Below are positions 59,583-64,000 of a stretch of 64,000 bases of DNA, piece after piece. Below the pieces are notes generated by a model, which made no database searches, was not told the origin of the DNA, and saw only the letters and a program-made list of their open reading frames with translations. The stretch is from Candidatus Saccharimonadota bacterium. GTDB taxonomy: Bacteria; Patescibacteriota; Saccharimonadia; Saccharimonadales; UBA10212. The first letter of the stretch is position 1, and each line of letters begins with the position of its first letter. The stretch spans positions 109,883-173,882 of the forward strand of contig JACDFN010000001.1 in NCBI GenBank assembly GCA_013815775.1, given 5' to 3'. A program made the position numbers and the translations under genes.

Positions 59583-60437
59583 ATGAGCAGAAAAAACTTT
59601 ATCAACTTAGTAGGTGCCGTCATACTTGGCGTGTCTAGCATATTTTGGGCTAGTTCGGCAGTATCGGCCCAGACGAATAGCGACCTCGAAAAGGTGACGA
59701 TCTGCCATCGCACCAATAGCGTAACAAATCCATATCGACAAATAACTGTAGATAAATCAGCCGTTGATGGCCATGGTGAAAATGACCACACACAGCACAC
59801 TGGACCAGTAGCCACTTCGCAAGAAGTTGCCCAAGGACTTAAGGACGAAAAAAAGAAATGGGGCGATATCATACCTCATGGCCTTAACTGGACGACTGTT
59901 GGTATGGCAGTATATAACAACGGCTGCCAACCTCTACACGCTCCAGAAGATCCACCAGTACATCAAACCCGTGTAAAAATCTGTCATGCCACTGGCTCTG
60001 AGAGTAATCCCTACGTGGAAATAACTCTTAACGCCAGAGGGGTAATTAACGGGCATGTTGGCCATGACCATCAAAACGGTGAAGATATCATCCCACCTTT
60101 TGAGTACATGGATAAAAATAAAGAAACAAAGAACTTCCCTGGTCAAAACTGGAACACTAACGGACAGGCAATCTACAATAATCACTGCAAGAAGCCTGTA
60201 CATGTTGTAGTGCAACCTCCTACACCACCCCCAACTCCCCCAGCTGGCCACGTAAATGGTGCCTCAACCACCACCACTGGCGTTGTACTCGGAGCTCAAG
60301 TTCAAGCACCAGTTGGAGCTGTTAGCGCAGGAGCCGGTGGAGCTGTCGGTACAAGCATGGGTGCTATATTCGGACTTTCTAGCTCTCTTGGTGTACTTGG
60401 CCTAGGACTTCGCCAAATGCGCAAGTTCGGTCTCTAA
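59583..60437 (+). CDS. Secreted His-rich repeat protein, probable class F sortase substrate
   Basis: Signal peptide, two ICH.T.S..NPY repeats, Pro linker, APVGAVSAGAGG + TM + basic tail. Confidence 0.8.
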   Translation: MSRKNFINLVGAVILGVSSIFWASSAVSAQTNSDLEKVTICHRTNSVTNPYRQITVDKSAVDGHGENDHTQHTGPVATSQEVAQGLKDEKKKWGDIIPHGLNWTTVGMAVYNNGCQPLHAPEDPPVHQTRVKICHATGSESNPYVEITLNARGVINGHVGHDHQNGEDIIPPFEYMDKNKETKNFPGQNWNTNGQAIYNNHCKKPVHVVVQPPTPPPTPPAGHVNGASTTTTGVVLGAQVQAPVGAVSAGAGGAVGTSMGAIFGLSSSLGVLGLGLRQMRKFGL

Positions 60438-60465
60438 GCAGTAAATAAAAGTAAAATAGCGTTAG

Positions 60466-61392
60466 TTGAATATGAGCGCTAATAAAAAAACACTATCCAA
60501 AACAAGAAAGCCGGCGAGCAGCCGGCTTTCTTTACATGCAGCTCAAAAAAAGCAGCAAAAGCCTAAGACTTCGCGGGTTAAGTATTTACATGTTCCCCTC
60601 ACTACTTCGCGTGTTTTACTTATCTCACTTAGACAGTTTAGAACCAGCAAAGCTAAGCGCTCAAAGCGCTACAAGCAGATTGTTATTACCACTCACTTCT
60701 TACCGTATAAAGAAATAGCCATTGTTCAACGGCGTGGCAAAAGAACCGCAAAAAAATCACGAAAGGTCTTATTTAATCGCCAAACTGCTGCAGCCTTACT
60801 ATTAATAATTTCCGGAATTGCAGGAGCTATATACTTTAGCCTGAACCTAAGTAAAGCTCCCAATCTAGAGCTTAGCTCTAACCCAGTACCTACTTCCGCA
60901 GTCGTTCAGCCTCCCCAACCAACTCTCCCGAGTACGCTACCCAAATCAGAACCTACTCGCGTACGTATTGCCCGGCTCGAAATTAACACCACTCTAATGC
61001 CAGTTGGGCGTAATTCTGACGGAACAATGGAAGTACCTACCCGTTACGATATTGCCGGCTGGTATAATTTAGCTCCAACACCCGGAGAACGGGGGCCGGC
61101 TATTATAGTAGGGCATGTTGACAGCCCACGCGGACCAGCCATTTTTTGGCGCCTCAGGGAGCTTACACCGGGCGATATCGTAGAAGTTGATCGTGCCGAT
61201 GGTACAACTGTTAAGTTTAAGGTAGACAGTGTTCAACAATACCCCCAGGCCAGTTTTCCAACGCAGGAGGTATATGGGAACATTGATAATGCAGGGATAA
61301 GACTAATCACTTGTGGTGGGGTATTTGACAGGAATATTCATAAGTACAGCCATAACACCGTAGTTTTCGGCTCTATGCTTACAGAACAGTAA
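60466..61392 (+). CDS. Class F sortase
   Basis: AGWY...PTPGE.GPAII.GHVD, F..L..L.PGD, RLITCGG.FD...Y..N.VV. Confidence 0.93.
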   Translation: MNMSANKKTLSKTRKPASSRLSLHAAQKKQQKPKTSRVKYLHVPLTTSRVLLISLRQFRTSKAKRSKRYKQIVITTHFLPYKEIAIVQRRGKRTAKKSRKVLFNRQTAAALLLIISGIAGAIYFSLNLSKAPNLELSSNPVPTSAVVQPPQPTLPSTLPKSEPTRVRIARLEINTTLMPVGRNSDGTMEVPTRYDIAGWYNLAPTPGERGPAIIVGHVDSPRGPAIFWRLRELTPGDIVEVDRADGTTVKFKVDSVQQYPQASFPTQEVYGNIDNAGIRLITCGGVFDRNIHKYSHNTVVFGSMLTEQ

Positions 61393-61465
61393 CGTCAACA
61401 TATAAGAGAATATTTTGGTACAGCTTAGTTACGAAGTTAGAACTGCGTTACTGTGCAAGTAGGTA

Positions 61466-61759
61466 CTAGGCGTACCAAGTTATTATCCCAACACCTCTTA
61501 ATAAGTGAAAAGTAAAAAAGACCAATAGCCCCAAGGCATTAGAAAAAAAACAGAGCCTTATGAATGTATTTGTATCGTATTTTTTTAAGTACCTTATAGT
61601 GCCAAGAAATACTACTATTACCGCGAGTAACCCTGTTAAAACAAACATCGACCAGTCCAAAGGGAATATGCCAGAATCTCCCCAATGGATTATGCCGACA
61701 ACCACTGCTACTACTTGTAAGGCAAAGAGGGCCATGATGGAATTAGCGATAAATTTCAT
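61466..61759 (-). CDS. Small membrane protein
   Basis: Three TMs; TGcTATGAT 6 nt before the ATG. Confidence 0.65.
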   Translation of the reverse strand: MKFIANSIMALFALQVVAVVVGIIHWGDSGIFPLDWSMFVLTGLLAVIVVFLGTIRYLKKYDTNTFIRLCFFSNALGLLVFFTFHLLRGVGIITWYA

Positions 61760-61790
61760 TTAAGTATCATAGCATTCATAACTTTTACAT

Positions 61791-61867
61791 TGGTACCCCG
61801 GGAGGGATTCGAACCCCCAACCTAGTGGATAGAAGCCACTCGCTCTAATCCATTGAGCTACCGGGGC
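61791..61867 (-). tRNA. tRNA-Arg(UCU)
   Basis: GCCCCGG..CCGGGGT A CCA; AGTGG CTTCTAT CCACT. Confidence 0.95.
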
Positions 61868-61868
61868 T

Positions 61869-61943
61869 TGGTGCGGGATACCGGAGTCGAACCGGTCTCC
61901 TCAGTTTGGAAAACTGATATATTAGCCGATATACGAATCCCGC
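61869..61943 (-). tRNA. tRNA-Gly(UCC)
   Basis: GCGGGAT..ATCCCGC A CCA; TCAGT TTTCCAA ACTGA. Confidence 0.94.
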
Positions 61944-62008
61944 ATAACAGGGGTGATTATAACAGATATATATTCAAAGTCTAAAGCCACTAAATAAAAA
62001 GCCAAAAC

Positions 62009-62036
62009 AAAACGCACCAGTTACCTGGTGCGTTTT
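62009..62036 (-). terminator. Intrinsic terminator of the LPSTG micro-gene
   Basis: AAAACGCACCAG-ttac-CTGGTGCGTTTT. Confidence 0.85.
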
Positions 62037-62064
62037 AGCTTTTACTAAAATTTAAGGCTTAAAA

Positions 62065-62238
62065 TTAAGCGCTAAAAATTCTAGCTGCTACAGTTCGAGC
62101 TAAAGTGATAACTGTAATAGCTACCCCTAAAGTCAAAATAGCTAGCGTTATTGCTATAGATAGCTTGCTACCGCCAGTGCTAGGCAGTACAGCAACTGAA
62201 CCAGCTGCTATTGAAGTACCGAGTACGGATCCATACAT
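62065..62238 (-). CDS. Unannotated 57-aa LPXTG micro-protein
   Basis: GAAAGGAG RBS; MYGSVLGTSIAAGSVAV-LPSTG-GSKLSIAITLAILTLGVAITVITLA-RTVAARIFSA. Confidence 0.85.
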   Translation of the reverse strand: MYGSVLGTSIAAGSVAVLPSTGGSKLSIAITLAILTLGVAITVITLARTVAARIFSA

Positions 62239-62368
62239 ATGCTAACTCCTTTCTCTAGCTAAATTAAAGCACATTGTTAGTTATATGTAAATAGATAATA
62301 AAATATAATTGCATAAGCAGTATGATTATGCTATAGTATATATGTTATTAAAGCTTAGGGAGTCATAG

Positions 62369-63586
62369 ATGATCTTAGGTGTTTACTCGCCACCTTCTAT
62401 TATTGTTTTTATAACCGCAATTACGGTTATTTTAGCTTTAACCTCAGTCTTTTACGAATACAGGAAGGCCAAAGCACTTAAACTTCTTCCACATAAAGAC
62501 TACCTTTATAAAAAGGTGTCTAAGGTAGCGGTGTTAATAGCTTCCAAGGATGGCGAAAAAACAATTACTCGAACAGTAAAAGCAGCTATTGCCAATAGAT
62601 GTACCGTTTATGTTGTTTCCGACGGAAGCAGCGATAAAACCGTCAGGGAGGCTCGCGCCGCAGGGGCACAAGTGTTGGGCTTAAAAAAGAATATTGGCAA
62701 GCCCGCTGCCCTACACCGAGCCTATAAACACTTTAAACTTGGACAAAATTACAGCGCCATAGCAATTCTGGATGATGACGTCATGGTTGAAAAAGACTTT
62801 ATTAGACATGCTAAGAAATCGATGGGTAGAGACTGCGCTATTACAGTGGGAAAGAATTTAACTGATTGGCCGAACCATAAAAGGTGGAATGTTTGGTTGG
62901 CTTCCCGTACCTATAGTTACTGGGCTTACCAGATAACCCTACGTACCATACAAAGCACTTATAACGTAATGAATTGTATATCAGGTTCAAATTCACTTTA
63001 TCGCACAGAAGTTCTCGACCGTGTATTAACAGGAGACACTCCATACATTGTTGACGACACCTATTGGACGCTTGAAACTCATAGATTAAAACTTGGAAAG
63101 ATTAAATACTCTCCAAAAGCTCGGGCGTGGCTACAAGACCCAATCAACTTCCGTGATTGGTACAGTCAAAACTTACGCTGGATGTGGGGGACCTTTCAAG
63201 GCATTATCGGCCATCGAGTTGGCACAAAGGCAAACAAGTTCCACCTATCTTACCTCGCAATTATGTTCGAGTGGATAATCTATATATTCAGCGGACCATT
63301 AACACTGTTTGTCATTTGGCAGGCCGGGTTGGACAGTTTAGCTCTAGAGCTACTTTTGCTCTGCACCGGCTATGCAGTCTTAGTGACAATAGCAGCAATC
63401 GCACTTAAGTTACCTCGATTGCTGCTATTTGTTCCTGTCATTGTAGTAACAGACTTTCTCTTTCGTTGGGTTATGCTCCATGGCCTATTTAAGGCTATTC
63501 GTCAAAAAACAGTAGCATCCTGTGTTTGGAATTCCCCGGAGCGTTTTGATACTCGTGGTTCTACCCTAGGGCAAAAGGCAGGATAA
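62369..63586 (+). CDS. Processive GT2 glycosyltransferase (PgaC/IcaA/cellulose synthase-like)
   Basis: SDGSSD, GKP.AL, DDD, SG....YR, VDDT, QNLRW, N- and C-terminal TMs. Confidence 0.9.
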   Translation: MILGVYSPPSIIVFITAITVILALTSVFYEYRKAKALKLLPHKDYLYKKVSKVAVLIASKDGEKTITRTVKAAIANRCTVYVVSDGSSDKTVREARAAGAQVLGLKKNIGKPAALHRAYKHFKLGQNYSAIAILDDDVMVEKDFIRHAKKSMGRDCAITVGKNLTDWPNHKRWNVWLASRTYSYWAYQITLRTIQSTYNVMNCISGSNSLYRTEVLDRVLTGDTPYIVDDTYWTLETHRLKLGKIKYSPKARAWLQDPINFRDWYSQNLRWMWGTFQGIIGHRVGTKANKFHLSYLAIMFEWIIYIFSGPLTLFVIWQAGLDSLALELLLLCTGYAVLVTIAAIALKLPRLLLFVPVIVVTDFLFRWVMLHGLFKAIRQKTVASCVWNSPERFDTRGSTLGQKAG

Positions 63587-63587
63587 A

Positions 63588-64000
63588 ATGGCAAAGAAAA
63601 AAGAACAATTTAAAAATGTAAAAGATGCCCAAAAGTCCCTGGGAAAATTTGGAATACAAGGAATAAGGCTAGCCGCAAGACACCTATGGTTATTTACCGG
63701 CGCTGCTTTAATTGGTGTCGGCCTTTTGAGTGGCGGCTTCGATTTAATTAAAAGCTTGGGGGTAGATAAAAACACTCAGGCTCATGCCCTTACAAGCAAC
63801 GTACCTGTCCAAACTCCAATCCCTTTAATATCAGGTACCCCAGTTCATATATCAATTCCGGATGTAAGCATAGACCTAAATGTTGTTCCGGGTTTCTACA
63901 ACCCGGATAAGAAAAGTTGGACATTAAGTTTAAAGAATGCTCACTTTGCAACAATTACTTCAAAGTCTAACAACAAAGAAGGCAACACTTTTATCTATGC
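63588..64000 (+). CDS. Sortase family protein (3'-truncated by window)
   Basis: Open frame to the window end: TM, GTPVHISIPDVSIDLNV, W.LS...AHFA, GNTFIY(A). Catalytic residues would lie beyond the window. Confidence 0.75.
   Translation, partial: MAKKKEQFKNVKDAQKSLGKFGIQGIRLAARHLWLFTGAALIGVGLLSGGFDLIKSLGVDKNTQAHALTSNVPVQTPIPLISGTPVHISIPDVSIDLNVVPGFYNPDKKSWTLSLKNAHFATITSKSNNKEGNTFIY

Overview
This looks like core chromosome of a Candidatus Saccharibacteria (TM7, Patescibacteria/CPR) bacterium. The assignment is inferred from gene content and gene style, and the standard code 11 fits. Housekeeping genes: murJ (partial), lepA, two tandem guanylate-kinase-like genes, CIRCE-controlled hrcA-grpE-dnaK-dnaJ, rimK with its protease partner, comEC, yebC, ruvC/ruvA/ruvB, dus, pcm, tilS, ftsH, recA/recX, tsaE/tsaB and rny. 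The window also holds a ten-gene type IV pilus cluster, many surface proteins, two sortases, a GT2 glycosyltransferase and nine intact tRNAs. No CRISPR array, rRNA, integrase or transposase was seen. Most notable unexplained signals: (1) a structured RNA motif with compensatory base changes, in three copies, two of which end exactly 7 nt before a tRNA 5' end; (2) an unannotated 57-aa LPSTG micro-protein divergent from a GT2-sortase operon; (3) a chimeric His/Arg tRNA that makes a 23-bp direct repeat around a surface-protein gene; (4) a MITE-like repeat family, one copy of which carries the yebC ribosome-binding site; (5) several micro-ORFs and widespread leaderless promoter architecture. All coordinates were read by eye and no database searches were run.
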